Shown in pieces: positions 34,501 through 48,790 of a stretch of 64,000 nucleotides of DNA. Numbering within the stretch: the stretch's first letter is position 1; each line of letters starts with the position of its first letter. Source of the DNA: Catajapyx aquilonaris (lineage: Eukaryota); contig KZ538214.1 in NCBI GenBank assembly GCA_000934665.2, forward strand, positions 1 to 64,000. Reading direction: 5' to 3'. Both the position numbers and the translations under genes were made by a program. The notes beneath the pieces were generated by a model that saw only the letters and a program-made list of their open reading frames with translations, was not told where the DNA came from and did no database searches.

Positions 34501-37500
34501 TTTCGAATATAATTTTTGCGAGGAAGCGTTCCGATTCGTGTCTTCAGGTGTGATTTTGGCTCAAGTGGAACAGAGAAAGGTTCTTGTAAAACTCGTGAGC
34601 AAAGGAACACGATTTTTTTTCTCTCTCTCTATTCTTCTTCTTCTTCTCTGTCTCTTGTGTGCTTCCACTTGTTTACACACGTTCAGAAGAATCGCCTTGC
34701 CCCTCTTTTGCCTGGGCCTTCCAAAAAGTTTCCAAACACTAAAGCGCTGTTTGTTCCGGATGAGTGGAACTAGAGATGCACCACTCAGCCAACATCGGTT
34801 CATCACACTTTCACCTGTCTTGCTTCAGGTGACCACATCAAACTGACAGGAACTGACAACCCCTTTTTTTTCCTTTTGCGATTCTGCAGACCTTTGAAGC
34901 AAAAATATTTGAGACGAGTGCAAGTGACAAGTTGCAAATTTGCAAATTGCTTGCTCAATAATCCTGGAAAAGTTGCATTATGCATTTTTTTGATTGCACT
35001 TCTTGGAAGTCAGCGCATTGTTCACTACTGAGCATATGTTGCAATTGTTGTAAACAAGTGTGCACGTGATAATATTTCACGTACCATATCAGTCATTGTT
35101 AATTTTTACAGGCCATGAAGCACATATATCGCGCTGTCAAGAAGTATATTGCACACATCAGTCATACCCGAATCAGATTTCCAGCAGCGAATCTCCTTGA
35201 GTATGTCATGCACAATGTATGACGATGTGTCTATAGCACAGTATGAGATTTCCAGATTCAAGCCCACAGTGTCAGTTAGGTAACATCATTACTGACGACA
35301 AAAGCCTATTGCATGTGGGTGTGTTCATGATGAGAGAGCTCGTTATACCCAGAGAACGTGGTTCTTTCAAGTGGTTTTTCGCAACTGCGCCTTGTTACAT
35401 GCCCGCGTAATTATGCAAACTGTCATTATCGATTAGACCGATTTGACACAGCGGTCTGCTCTTGGAGAAAGCTCCAATTGCATTCTTGTTGCTGGGCTAA
35501 AAAGGAAGCTCAGATCAAAAGGGAAACGCTGCACAACCACAAAAAAAAACCCCGATGTGACTCATGCAACTTTGGAGGCTCTTCGTGGTCGTAATTGCTT
35601 GGGATTTGGGGGAGAGAAGGAAGAGCTGGGGGGAAGAAGCAACGCTATTGATTCGCCCCCTCCACAGAATCCCCCATCTCGAAAATATATATAAAAAAGA
35701 GAAAGAAACTCATGCCCTTCCAAGAAAATTATTCTTCAAAGATCGAGGAAGAAACCGGGCTGACATTAATTAAAAATAGCATCCAGGCCTAGTAGGATCC
35801 GCCATGACAGCATTTGCTCAAATGGAACTCAAAATGGCGACCTAAGCATACATTCTAATAAAGCCTTAAAAATTAAAGTACATGCAGATATTTAGAAATA
35901 ACTGGTTTAGGGTTACTGTATCCAAGAAAGCGTGTGGTTTGATCGCTATATAGATCAAATACCGTAGTGCATTGCTCCGGATGGTTGCTAAATACATTGC
36001 AGTAACGGATGGGAGGCTCGTACAAGCAGGAGCGGTACTAAAACCTGCAGTACTCTGCGAAACATATTGCCAAGACCGTAACTGTCATTGTGTGCTGTAA
36101 AATCGCAGTTAGGGAGGGGGGTAATGCAAGCTTGCCTTGCCTTAAGGTGCTGCGGAAATGATTTTTAATGCTTCTCTTCGCCCCTTTTTTATTATTTTTA
36201 ATCGTATCGCTTCAACTTGTTGGAAGGGATGTTTTGATAGTTTGAGAGCTTGAGTTGGCATCGTAAATTTCCTGAGGAGGATATTTTAAAATCTATTTTG
36301 GTGACAACTTGCAAAGGAGGCAGACGTAGAGTTTGGCACACCTCTATTTTTACATTTATGATTAACAGAATGGATCTTTTTTCCGGCGAAGAAGGAAATG
36401 TCAACATCGTCGTACATCACCTTCTCCGCACCATTACTAATATTAGACCCTCCCTATAAACTAATGGACAGAAATGTTGATAGACGGTTTTTTTTGTTAT
36501 ATGAGGACAATCAACCCATAGCAATTTTCGCACTAGTGTTCTTGTTGACACAACTCTGGTAAGTTCCTGTGTATAGGATGTGGAAATAGCATCACGTTGT
36601 TACAAGTCGCTGACACCGGTATAATGACACCTCATCAAAAACAATGTCGCAGAATTGTGGAACACTATGGTCCCAATAACTTGAAGCACTTTTTCCTTAC
36701 AGAGTTTCTTGATTCGTGCCCTTAGAAAGAGAGAAAAAAAGTTTTATGCACGGTATAACTTTGGGGAGTAGGCGAACTCATCCACGACCATGAAGATAAG
36801 ATTGGTTTCCTTCAGAACTTTGCCTCCTAGCTGTCTCCCTTTTTTTATGCCCCAGTTTTTCACAAGGCTTCCTATTCTCACTTCACAGAGAGACCTTCTG
36901 TTTTGAAAGTCTAAAATATTTGTCCTGCATCTCATCAGAGCCACTGAGCTCCTATAGGACTTTGAGAAATCAACTCAAGGTTGATTTCTAGAGACTGGTT
37001 AGCCCTAATTTATAGGCTTGCAAAGTACAGTCGAACGGAAATTCTTTCGGGTGGTATAATAAAAAACATCAAAAGACCACCGAAATTATCTTGCAGTGTC
37101 CTGGTGTGTTTACAAACAGGGCATACGATCTGTTTATGAATGTACGATCCGCCCTTGATACAACTAGTTCTGCTCCGTCAAATTGAATAACACGGGTGGG
37201 AATATAACCTTCGATAAAAGTATATCGAAACAGGTTGTCAAGCCTGCCCAAAAAATTTAGTGTCGCCCTGTCGCAATTACGTGGGGTTCTCCTGTGTTAA
37301 CTGCACCCAAGGGATTTGCTCCTCTCTTTTTCTGTGGGAAAAGGTCCTTCTTCCCCCACCAAGTAAACGACCCAGAGAGCGAAATAAATCCGGGTGGAGG
37401 TGAGGTCAGGCCGGCGGTGTAATATCCGGGAACCGGAACATCCGGAAGCAAGCAAGTGTGGGCAGACTGGAGTTTCAGGGGGAGGGTGAGTCAACAAAAA

Positions 37501-39594
37501 TTCAAAGTGCACGTGCAAAAGTTTGGGAATGGACCCCACAAGTGAGGCTGGAGACTACTAGTATGGCAGAGACTGAAATCGATCTGGCGGCCACTGGCTC
37601 TCTTTTCCAGGGCGGGTGGGACCATCACCAAAACCGGGTCAGGGGGAGAAGGTAGGATCCCCATCCACCCTACTGGCGCCATGGAATTTATGTTCATCCA
37701 TGAGAGCCAGGTGGGGGTCTCTTTTGACCCTAAAGTGCAATATATTGAATTTTTGAGCACTGGAAAAAGGTGTCTAATGCTCGGGCAAAAAAAAAAATTA
37801 TTTGAAGAAGTTTGGGTATTCCAGCAAGATTTCTAATCGCAGAGAAAAAAAATAACAATAAGGAGATTAGTAGGCTGTAATCGACGTCGATGCTAAGTTT
37901 AAGTCATGAACATGCGATGTAATACAATAACATGCGACTTTCACACTTGGCAGGCGTATACACACGTGCTGTACTCGCATAGGAACAATGGTCGCACGCC
38001 AATGCAGCAGTTCATCAATTAAAAATTAAACTGTACCTTTTATTAGCTGGTTGCTGGCCTCATGATTGGCTGGAATAATTCGCATCGACCATAGTGTCCA
38101 TTTACGCTGTTTTAGTTGTGGTTTCCGTGCTGCCTAGCAGCCCTGAATTTTTTCGGAGGGGGTGAAACATCATGGGGATTTTTTGTGTGAACATGGTTCC
38201 TTTTTAGATGCCGTGTAATTGCTTAAGAGAGTCACCCCTATCCTTTTTTCTGGTCTATTCAAGCAAAGAAAGTCGTTTTTCATTGGGGGACGACCACGCT
38301 GGTCTAAAAATGCAGTTCCCCGGTAAATGGACGGTATTGCCCGGATTTTTCTTTGGACCCAACTTGTATGCTGCTGAGAGGCTGATTCAAGGCTGGAGGA
38401 AGTCAAATTTACCCCTCGAGGTCACAGGAACCTAAAAGTTGGCAGTGGGACCCCCATCAGCCGGGGTTGGACCTAGTCGAGTGAAAGAGAGAGATGTTAG
38501 TGTCACGGGAAATCAGAGACGTCACACACACGTCATATTGGACTGTTGGTAACTTGTAATTTGGGCGAGGGAAAGTGAATCATTTTCTATCCAGGATGCT
38601 GCATATTTTTTTTATACCCATTTGGTACTGGGTGTGAGCGATACGGAAGCCGGATGGAATTACCACCTTGACCCACTTGTGGCCTCAGCAGCTGGCAGTA
38701 TCTACTGCTGCATGGGCAAGGTTGAAACTGCAAGCTCTGGATGCCCCATGTCTGGGGTGACCACATGAATATTCGTTGGGGGATGTGAAAACATAAAAAA
38801 TGGGCCTGAGGTTGCAACCACCGTCAGCAGCAATGTCGATCCAGTTAGTGGATATATAGAAGAGTACGAAAAAAAAATTGCGAATCAATAGGACGGGCTA
38901 TGGGATACAACACGTGAGCTGTCACGGAAGCACGACTCTGCAGGTCCGGATGTATGCGACACAATTTTAAAAATATTGCAGCCAGTGAGCGGCAATGAAT
39001 AAATGTTTAAAAAATAAACAAATTATGCTGACACAGTACTGAATATCATGGGTACAACATATGGCAACAGTGTTTTTTTTGTGGTTTTTGTTCCACTTCC
39101 CCCTTCCTTCCAACCTTTACCGAAAGAGTGTAAGCTGCATGCATGCTCAGGCTCTCTTGACCAAAAAGGCACGGTCGGACGATCATGCATAATGTAAATT
39201 TCATATCTCCCCGGCCGGACTTTCCCATAGATCTTAACCGGATTTCAATGATAGAAAAATATTGTCTGCCGAGGTTTTTAGTCGGCGGGTATTTAAACCC
39301 GCGGGTATATTTTTACCTCTTTGCGGCATGCAAAAATAGTTCGGGATTTGTCGTGTCAGCACGGGTTTTCTTTTAATAGGAAGTCAGAGGGTGCTGGGGG
39401 GAAGATAGTCAATGAACTCGAAAAGTGTTATACAACGTGGGTGTGATGGCAATAAGTTCAATGTTATCTCCGTTTTAGTGTAGTGCATACTGAGCTGTAA
39501 ATTACTGGCTGTCAAGTTACCTGCCACTTGCAATACCTTAAATCATTGTGATGTTCAAAATTCAGGCGATTTTTTTTTGCTTAGTCTTTGATTC

Positions 39595-39651
<57 letters not shown>

Positions 39652-39655
39652 TAAT
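39595..39655. repeat. (AAT)n microsatellite
   Basis: Long pure ataataata run seen directly. Confidence 0.95.
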
Positions 39656-39661
39656 GTTATA

Positions 39662-39744
39662 CAGGGTGACTAAAGTATGGACACAGGCAATAATATTATA
39701 TTGTTGATTGACAATTGGTATCCTGGCATTTTAGAGTCACCCTG
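39662..39744. mobile_element. 83-bp Tc1/mariner-type mini-MITE
   Basis: TA-CAGGGTGACT ... AGTCACCCTG-CA: 10-bp perfect TIR, right TSD altered. Confidence 0.55.
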
Positions 39745-42700
39745 CATTAAAATGCCAAATAAACAGTAAAATAAATAATTTTTATTTCTAAATGACAGAT
39801 CCCAGTCTCTGTGGAGTCGAGCTATAAGCAGGTGCTTGCAGACTTTACAACAACCAGGGTTTGTTGCCTTTTCCGGTAACCGTTTTAGGGAGTAAACATA
39901 CGCCACCCTTTCACGATGATGGACCATTTCCTGTCACATGTCACATACTCAGACAATTCACTCGAATCTCTCAAAAAATGTTACAGCCGACCCTTAAAAA
40001 AAAGTCTCATGTCTAGCCCTTTTTGTTAGAGCAGCTGTTTCTCCTTGAAAAGGAAGAAGAGAAGCCATGACATCACATCACGCTGAAGAAAAGAGTAGCA
40101 CCTCCCTGGCCATTAGTCTAGTGCGACAGGTGGCGTGGCCAACGACATCACAAGTGAGCGACAACGAGCCCTTTACTGGTTCTGTACATCCGGAGAACTT
40201 TGCAGCTTCTCACAAAAGAGAGCGGATCTAATTTCGGGTTTATCTCATTAGTCAGTTGGAGTTACGAGTCTTCCGCGCGTGGTCTGTCCGTCCCAGACGA
40301 TAACCACTCAAGTGCTTCTGGAGGTTCCTTAATGGACTGGGTGCCTTATCCTTAGGATGGTCGGCCATGAACCTCCCAAGATACTATAAAGGACTGTTGG
40401 CCTGCTTTTTCTAGGGACTCCGTCAGTCAGTGACCCGGACTGGACCCTTGCGGCAGGTGGAAACTGATTCGCCAATATTTTTGCCTAGGAAGAACCATGT
40501 GCGAACCTTCGGGTGGAGAGGCAAATGTTAACGACCTCCGGTTCTCCCGGCTCCACTCTTTTTTTTATTATTGTCAGAGGCGGCTACCGTACCGTGAATT
40601 TTGTGTACGGAAAAGGGCAGGGTCCTGCAATAGTATACACAGTACAGAGGGGAGATCAAGTACTTTTTCGTCAGCTTAATGAGAATGGTTGCCCATTCTT
40701 GCGTACATCCTGCATGCTAAAAAACACCACGAATCGCGTGCATATAAGGGCCGAGTTACTCATATATCCATTTTTGCAGTCCCTTTCTAGGTATTGTGAG
40801 ACTTTGCAGCTGCGGCTCCCGAAAGAAAGTATGATGTGACTAATGTCTATGCACCATATAGCATGCTCCTAATGTGTCAGTTTAAAAGTTTTTAAAGCAT
40901 GGTGGCAAAAATCCCGGTCAACTTCCTATAGTGGTGGAACTTCCTTCTTCCTTCATTCCAGCCGCAGCTTTTCGCACCCAACCTTAACCAGATTCCTATG
41001 TTTATCTCATTGATTGCGTAAGAAAAACTATTTAGAGACTCCATCCATAGCCTTCTAGGTGTTACCCCTCTGTACATCCGGAAGCAGCCTTATTCAGGGA
41101 GCTGTTTACTTATCAGCCCATTTTCGCAGATAATACGCAATCTCCTTGTACTGCGTAGTCTCTCTGTTGGGTGTAAGAAGAGCTGGTACTCGCTTTTATC
41201 TCACAGCTGAATAAAGAAGCAATTATTGACTATTGATAAGATATACCGGTATTTATAGGCAGTCCGTTAATGGCTCGAGAGAATAACGTGACACTTTATG
41301 GTAAGATAGTTTGGCCATTAATGCATGTGCCACCATGCCGTATCTAGTACTGGACGGAGATGTGCTTGCGTAACTGCTGCTTCATGTTGCTTTCTTCTGT
41401 CAAGCGATAATTCTGCCATTTTGTGCCACCAAAATTAATACAAAGAGCCATGCTTATAAAAAGGCAAAAGCAAATTATAGTCCATCCAAATTGTCGACCT
41501 TGGGCAGGATGCGTAGATATATCTAAATAAACCGATGTGTGTTGTCCTTGGTAAGTTGTCATCTGGCATGAAAGACCATAACAGGGGCAGCTTCTTTCGC
41601 TGTGTATATTAATTTTGGCGCTCCTTCCATGTCGGTTCATATTATTTATAGATACCTGTCAACCATATAATTGCAACCTGTAATACGTCAAGGTTGACAA
41701 CTTTGCATCTCAGCTGGTATTCCAGAAAAGAAGTTTACCCCCCTCAAAAAAAAAAAAATCCACATCCGAGTACGTGTCCTGCAGTGTCACATATTTTTGC
41801 TAAAATGGAGCATGAACCTCACGCACAATAATATCTCGGAGCATGAAAGAAAGCTCGTTGTTCTCCTTTAGAAGGCCCATGAGTTAGTGCAAGTAGAGGA
41901 ATGATTAGAGCGGAAAGAGCAGAGAGTGTGGCAGAGCCCAGCAGCATTCATGTCGTGCAGCGGCCCTCTCCATTTATCTGAGTAGCTTGTTTCGTGGCAT
42001 TCCCCCGGACGTGAACTTGCATCGACTTTGGTGCAACGTGCCCCTCCTCTAGAGTCGAGATCACTCCGTGACTGCTAAGTGCATTTAAACGACTGCGGGA
42101 TGTTTACTAAGGGACGATGCCCTAGTTGGCTTTGGAGGGGGTTTAGGAAATTGTGTTACCTTCCTCTGAGGGACATTTTGGAATTCCTCACTAGTCCAAG
42201 CCCAATCTGCATTTAGGGGAATTCCCAGCCTTGCATAGTAAAATGTGGAGAGAGAGACAGAAAAATCCGGACCACACACTCATCCTGTGTTGAGTGTCAC
42301 CTCATGGAGACAAGCATCACACAATTTTCTTAATATAGACCCAGAGGGGGTTGTTTTGAAACGACGTACCCTCGGCCTACTGACAAATGATGTTGCGGGT
42401 GACTCTTAAAAAGCCGCACCGCTGTTGCTACTGTGCTGCCGGATCGTAAATATGGTTTCGCACGCATGCAGCCAACTTCCAACCCTCGAGGGGGTTGAAA
42501 AAAAAAATTGGCCAGAAATTTTTGCTAGTGCAGGAACCGGTCCTGTGGGTGTTGGAGTGGGCAAGGGCATCGAATGGGACGGTACCAAGCCATCGGGGCT
42601 GAAAGGACCACGACCTCGAATAAGGATTGCTGCATGGGACGAAAAAAAATTAAAGAGAGAGAGAGAAAAAATATTTGCAAAATGGTTTAATGTTGAATGT

Positions 42701-45700
42701 GGGCGACTGTAGTGTTTGCTGGTATGTCCTTGCAGTTCGGGGTGGTTTCTTGTTGAGGGCCCTCCTAACCCGCAAGGAGAAGTCTAACCTTGAAGGTCCC
42801 AGCCAGGCGAGACCGAGGAATTTCCGCTGGCCACCACTGCTTGTACAGTACAAAGGAAAACTGGCCCTTCATTTTTTTTTACCTCGTCGTATAATATACC
42901 TGGTGCTTCAACACACCTTCGCGGCAACTAGCCAACTATGGAAGGTCCATTTATTTCAGGTTATACCGTTCCTTACACATTTGTACAGCATAAGAACAAT
43001 TAAATTTGGGCCATACTTGCCACTGGACTGATCCATAAAAATTGAGCCATGACATGGTGTACGATTGCGAGAAAAGGTATATCGAGCCTGCCCATTCTGT
43101 GATGACTACCGGGAAATTCGTGTGCATTATACTGTGGGTTCATGGCCAGGGCTCAGGATGCCACAGGAATCCATTGTCCTTGCCCCTAACCCAGAACTGA
43201 AGGTGTACCAGCTGCCGTAGCCACACCTCCGACATGCAACCCAGCATTTGCAAGCACTTTTTTTTGTACCTTATATTGATCTCTCTATCGGTTTCAAGGG
43301 ATCTAAACCGACATTATTTATGAGTATTGTGCGACCCTCGACATAAATGATGGAAAGAAGAAAAAAATTATATACGAAATACGAGCGCAGGAAAAATTGC
43401 GGTTTGGTCCCTTGCAACAAAAAAAATGAGCAAAAATCTAGCTTTCCAGACAGGAATTTTTTCGCTTGCCTTGATAAGAGGGACGTGACGAAACGGACTC
43501 ATATTGTTGCGAGTATTGTGGATATACTGTGTATGTAAGGTTTGGCGGATTGAAGGCCACCCGAGCAGTTTTGGGGTAAGGGAAAAGTAATAAAGGCGTC
43601 TGAAAATCGAATCTGCTGTGATTTACTCCCCAGGATGAGCTTGATGACTGGAAATTGGCGATAATTTACCAGAGTGATTGCGCCTCTCTTGGAAGTCGTT
43701 AACTGCACCTATTAATTCTCATTGCTGGCCTCATGTAAGCTCCCAGCCGCCTCCTATGCTTGCATATCACTTTTGATGGGCATGAATTAGGACTGGGGGC
43801 CAAGCGGGACTTGTACTGCCAAGTAATTTTAATAGAAACTTATTTCCAACGTGACAACTCTCTTTCTCTAATCAGGAAGAAAATTCTGGCTCGGCCGGAT
43901 TTACCAGACTTTATAGACTAAGAAGAAGGAATCAATCGAGAGGGAGTGTTGTAACGTGTTGTATATACGCAGTGCAAATAATTACCTGGCAGTGTTTGTC
44001 GCACCCAAATGTAGGCCATCATCTTTTTCCAGTGGTCGTTGGCGAAAGGCGATATGAAAAAGGGGGCCACATAACGCGGCGGCAAAATCGTAATACCTCC
44101 CCCAGCTTCTCCTTTTTGGCAGATGACATGACCACTGATTCGCTTTCACATTACAGCTCAACCGTGGTAAGGGTTGACTTTCTAACACACCACTCGGCGA
44201 AGGTCAGTTACTCCGGTCCACCGCTGCTATATAAACAGTACAACGGTGGTGCACTACGATTCTTTTTTTTTAAAAAAAGAAAATTACAGTACAGCAAGTT
44301 AGAAATGAATTTCTGGACTGTCCCATTCATATGTCCTTCACACACACTTCAATATATTATATATGGATATGCTGATTTATCAGAAATAACATTTGAATTA
44401 GTGTCCGTTACATTGTGTAGACCACGTTGACTCAGATCTTGGTCAGTGCACCACCCCTTTGTATGAGTACATAATTGCGCAGCTGTATATCCCACGTACG
44501 GCGTCCACACCTCCTACTGCTGTACAGGTCATTTAACTTGCTTCTGCCGGCGCGACGTATACTCATCAAGCACGTGAAGCATACTTCAAAAGAATAATAA
44601 AAAAGGGCCTTTGACTCTCTCGCTCGAGGGGTATCGTGTGAATTGTCCTTGATTTCCAGCTAAACGTGCCGTTGATCCTCCTCCTGCAACACTTTGCCGT
44701 GTTTTGCCTTGAACTTGGCTTTTTTCCACTGAGGAGACGGCAACGTTGTCAAGTGCATCTCTTGTTTAGTCCTTCCATGCACCGGGCGCACTTTTTTTCG
44801 GGGAAGCTTCTGGCCATAAACATGTCAGAAGAATTTAATTAGGGAGGCTTCCTAATGTAATTTATGCCTGGAGTAAAGGAATGAGCTAATTACCAGGGAG
44901 ATCCTCCGAATATTCCTAGAAACCTGTTCATTCATGGTAATTTTTTTATACTTATGTACAAAATATTCCTAGAAATTATATTGAAACTGCATGGCTTTAG
45001 AGGCTATATAGAGTCATTTTTAGGTTCGTTACACCGGGGGAACTGAATAAAAACGTTTTAACGTTTCGTTGACCTTTTCTGGTGCCATTATTTTGTAGTC
45101 AGGAGTGTATATGGCCAGAATTACTGCCAAACGGAACTTCCCTTGAGGTAATAAATGCAGCAGGACACACGGAAGTAGGCAACTGGGCTTCCAGGTCTAT
45201 GGTCATTACGTTTATTAGCTCTCTAACTACCCAAAATTGCAGCAGAAACGTCAACATTTCACAATGTGCCCTGGACGTAAATACCCCTGCTGAATGACAG
45301 TGTTTCGTACCGCGTACATACACAGCGCATTAAAAATGTGAGTCCGCTACCACAATGCTTAATTAACCCATTTGAGTCAAGCTGTCATATATTCCTTCTC
45401 TTTTTTTTTGCTGTTGCAAGGGCTTGAGTGAAAGCAACAACTCTGTCCCTCAGAACATGTCAGTGTCAGTGACACTGACCGCACGTAACAGTAGCATTTC
45501 ACCTGGGAGAAACAAGAGTTGGGTCATTACTGGCTTTCCCCGTTATTATAATTCACTCTCTCCAAAAAAGGTTTAATTTTTTTTTTTGATTCGGGAATGT
45601 GCTGAAGGGCTGGAATTTAGCAGGTCATCCGTGGATAATATCAGTGATATAACGCAGAGGTTGTCCTGAGAACAGTCAGCATTCCTGAAAAGCTGGCCTT

Positions 45701-48048
45701 TCCAGATTGTCTTTTCTTATTCGGCTTATTCGTTACGCCGTGACCGCGATGCTCCAAAATTGCGACCGTCGATGAACTTTTTCATAACTAACGAACCATC
45801 CCCAAGAGAATTTTTCATGGTCAAAGTTGGCGAAACTGATCGCGTCCCACACCGTATCTATACGACTCACTCATTGTGCCGTGTGTCACGCAATATTCAA
45901 AATGCCACCAAGCCATCGTCAGGTGCTGACCAAACACTCAATCTCCCAATAGTTGCCCCGTTCAAACATGCAAATATCAAAGTGTGTAGAGGGAAGATCT
46001 ACAGTATAGTTACAGCAAAAAAAATTGATCATACACCTTCTACAGTTAAACCGCGAGTTGAATTTAGACAACTTCTAAGAACCCGCTCCAAAAGATTGAA
46101 CGTGGCACTCAATATTTACACAAGTTGAAGCACACAACCGGTATCTTCATCGTAAAACTGGTCACGAAATGCATTTAGGTTCCGATATGTCCTTTCCGTC
46201 CTTTTGTGACGTCAGCAGATAATACTTACGGTGAAATGAGAATATGTTTTTACACACCTTGAAGTGTGGCACAGATGCAATATCACTCCAAAAAACCGCC
46301 CCAATATATTTTTTCTTGTTCGAGCAAATAAAACCTTGTTTACTCTGCAGCCCTGCTGTGGTGGGTTGCATCGATTATAGGAAAAGGATTCAGGTGTATA
46401 TACCGACGGCAGGCAGTATTTCCCTAGTAAAAGTAATTGCGGATGAATTTCAATCCCACCAAAGATTTTCCATGCCGCAGTTTACAGTAAAGCATCACGG
46501 GAAGTTTCGAGATGGGGGAAACAGTGTCGACGTGTGTTTCTGTAACTGAGCCAAAATTTCCTCCGACCAATGACGACAAGTAAGTCCGCACAGGAAAACC
46601 ACCGGGGAATCGTTCGATAAGAGTGGCTGCTGTAAGTGACGCTGATGGTGACGTCAGTTGAATAGACGCCCCTTGTCGATGGACGACGCTCCGACAACGC
46701 CATTCTCTCTCTCTATAATTGGCTAAATTATGCAGGTACTTCCACTATACACTACATTTATTTTAAAAAACAAGATTTGGTGCCAGTTGACCAGAAAACC
46801 TGGACAAACAAACAAACATTGCATGTACCCCATGGGTATGAAATGGGTGTAGAAAGAACAATACAACTGCCCAGTACTTGTTGATTGAAACTCTAATTAC
46901 AATGCGGTAGGTCTACTTTAAAAATATAATTTCGTACCATAAGTATGAATGAGGCTTCAGCAAATTTATTTACGCCCCCATTTGTTCAGGGCTGAACGAA
47001 CTTTTTTCGTCGTAAATGCTAATTGCTCAATTTACCACTTTTTTTAAAGGCGCCTTGAGACTACAGACGTGGTCCCCGGAAAAATAAACACTCCAGAGCA
47101 AACACGCTGGAGAGTTGAAGAGACGTATATTTTACACAGTCATCAGGTGCTGGTGTGGCAGCCAGCCCTTTTAAGTTGTCGGCACTTTATTTCTAATATT
47201 TATTTCTAGGCAAGGCCAATTAAAAGTGAGACCAAGAGCCTGGGCGCAAATGAAGTAATAACCCGGCGGATAGTGCACCGCCCTGTATTTCACTGAAAAT
47301 ATTTTATCTATATGATTGCGTAACTTGGAGGATGTTATGGAATAAAAATTGGTCGTGCTTTTTCCCCCCTCAACTCGTAGTTCGCATTATAGGAAGCCCA
47401 GGAAAAGTAGGGCAAACTCCGCGCTTCCCCCCAAGTTTATTGGAGCATTGTACATTCCGGTATACATAATTCATGTGGAATTCACCCAAATGACTGCTGT
47501 CGGCGAATTTTGGCCAATATTAAACTGGCGCGGGTTTTGTGTTTCCGGCATTTTTCACGCTGGAGAATCCGCCTCGTATAACGTTCCATATTCAGCGAGG
47601 CCTATACGAGGCTATACAGGGTTATGTATATACACATCAGAGCAAGAATATTGGGAGCAGCAAGTTTCGGGGTTCAACTGATCAGACTTTATTGTTCTCG
47701 GATAAGATATCGTGGACCCCGAAATTAGCCTTGAGTGTGTATAACTTTCACCGCGGCTCTCGGGGTTTTATCTACCCGCATCTAACTCTGCCTCAAGTCA
47801 AATAAACGTCGTAAACCTGTCAACTCTCGTTTGAATAATTTTTTCCACACTCATGGACACTCGCGTAATGTATCGCACCGGCTAATTAAATGCAATTTAA
47901 GGTCACGACCCCTCATTAACCGTGTGTATACCGCATATAAAAACGGGCATGAAACGGAGATAAAATAACTAGAGCCCGAGACCATTCCCACGCGATGTGC
48001 AGAGGGATACAAAATACATTCATCATACACTTTACATGGTTCACAATT

Positions 48049-48790
48049 GAGGAATAAGTTGTGCTCGGACCTTCACCAGAATTATTTGCTCAAATTACTA
48101 ATTTTCTTCAGTTTATTAAATTCTCAATTAATTCATTTTTTCAATTTATTTATTTCTCAATTTATTTATTTTTCAATGTATTTATTTATTTATTTAACTA
48201 TTATTTTCTATTCTATTATTTATTCATTCATTTATATCTATTCTATTGTTTATTTATTTATATCCAATATAAATTTTCTCTAATTTATTTATTTTTAATT
48301 TATTAACTTTTCAATTTATTTCTTCGACTTATGAATAATTTTTATACGTACAATTTATTCGTTTTTCCAAATTTAGGAGGAATAGGTTATGCTGGGACCT
48401 TCACCAATTTATTTATTATTATTTTCTCAAATTCATTAATTTCTCCGATTATTTATTTGTCAATTTATTCATTTTTTCAATTTATTTATTTCTTAAATTT
48501 ATTTATTGCGGATTAATTATTTTCTCCGATTATTTGTCAATTTATTCGTTTTTCAATTTATTTATTTCTTAAATTTATTTATTGCGGATTAATTATTTTC
48601 TCCGATTATTTGTCAATTTATTCGTTTTTCAATTTACTAATTTTTTTAATTTATTTTTCGCCTATTTATTAATTTCTCCGATTATTTATTTGTCAATTTA
48701 TTCATTTTTTCAATTTATTTATTTCTTAAATACATTTTTGGCCAATTTAACAAATTTTCTCCAATTTAACAAATTTTTTCCAATTAACTT
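48049..48790. repeat. T-rich hierarchical repeat / minisatellite
   Basis: 30-bp motif GAGGAATARGTTRTGCTSGGACCTTCACCA at 48049 and 48377. Units of ~76-81 bp beginning TTCTCCGATT at 48441, 48522, 48598 and 48674. Confidence 0.85.

Noticed and set aside
40892..41077. Minus-strand PRRLWMESL..W resembling the C-terminus of an RTE-type LINE
   Set aside because: Similarity too weak and too short to call without a profile search.
43099..43200. C/D-box snoRNA-like layout (GTGATGA ... CTGA) with partial complementarity to the 28S motif CTGGGTATAGGGGCGAA
   Set aside because: The guide would need a bulge, the terminal stem is poor and no host transcript is evident. A snoscan or Rfam search would be needed.
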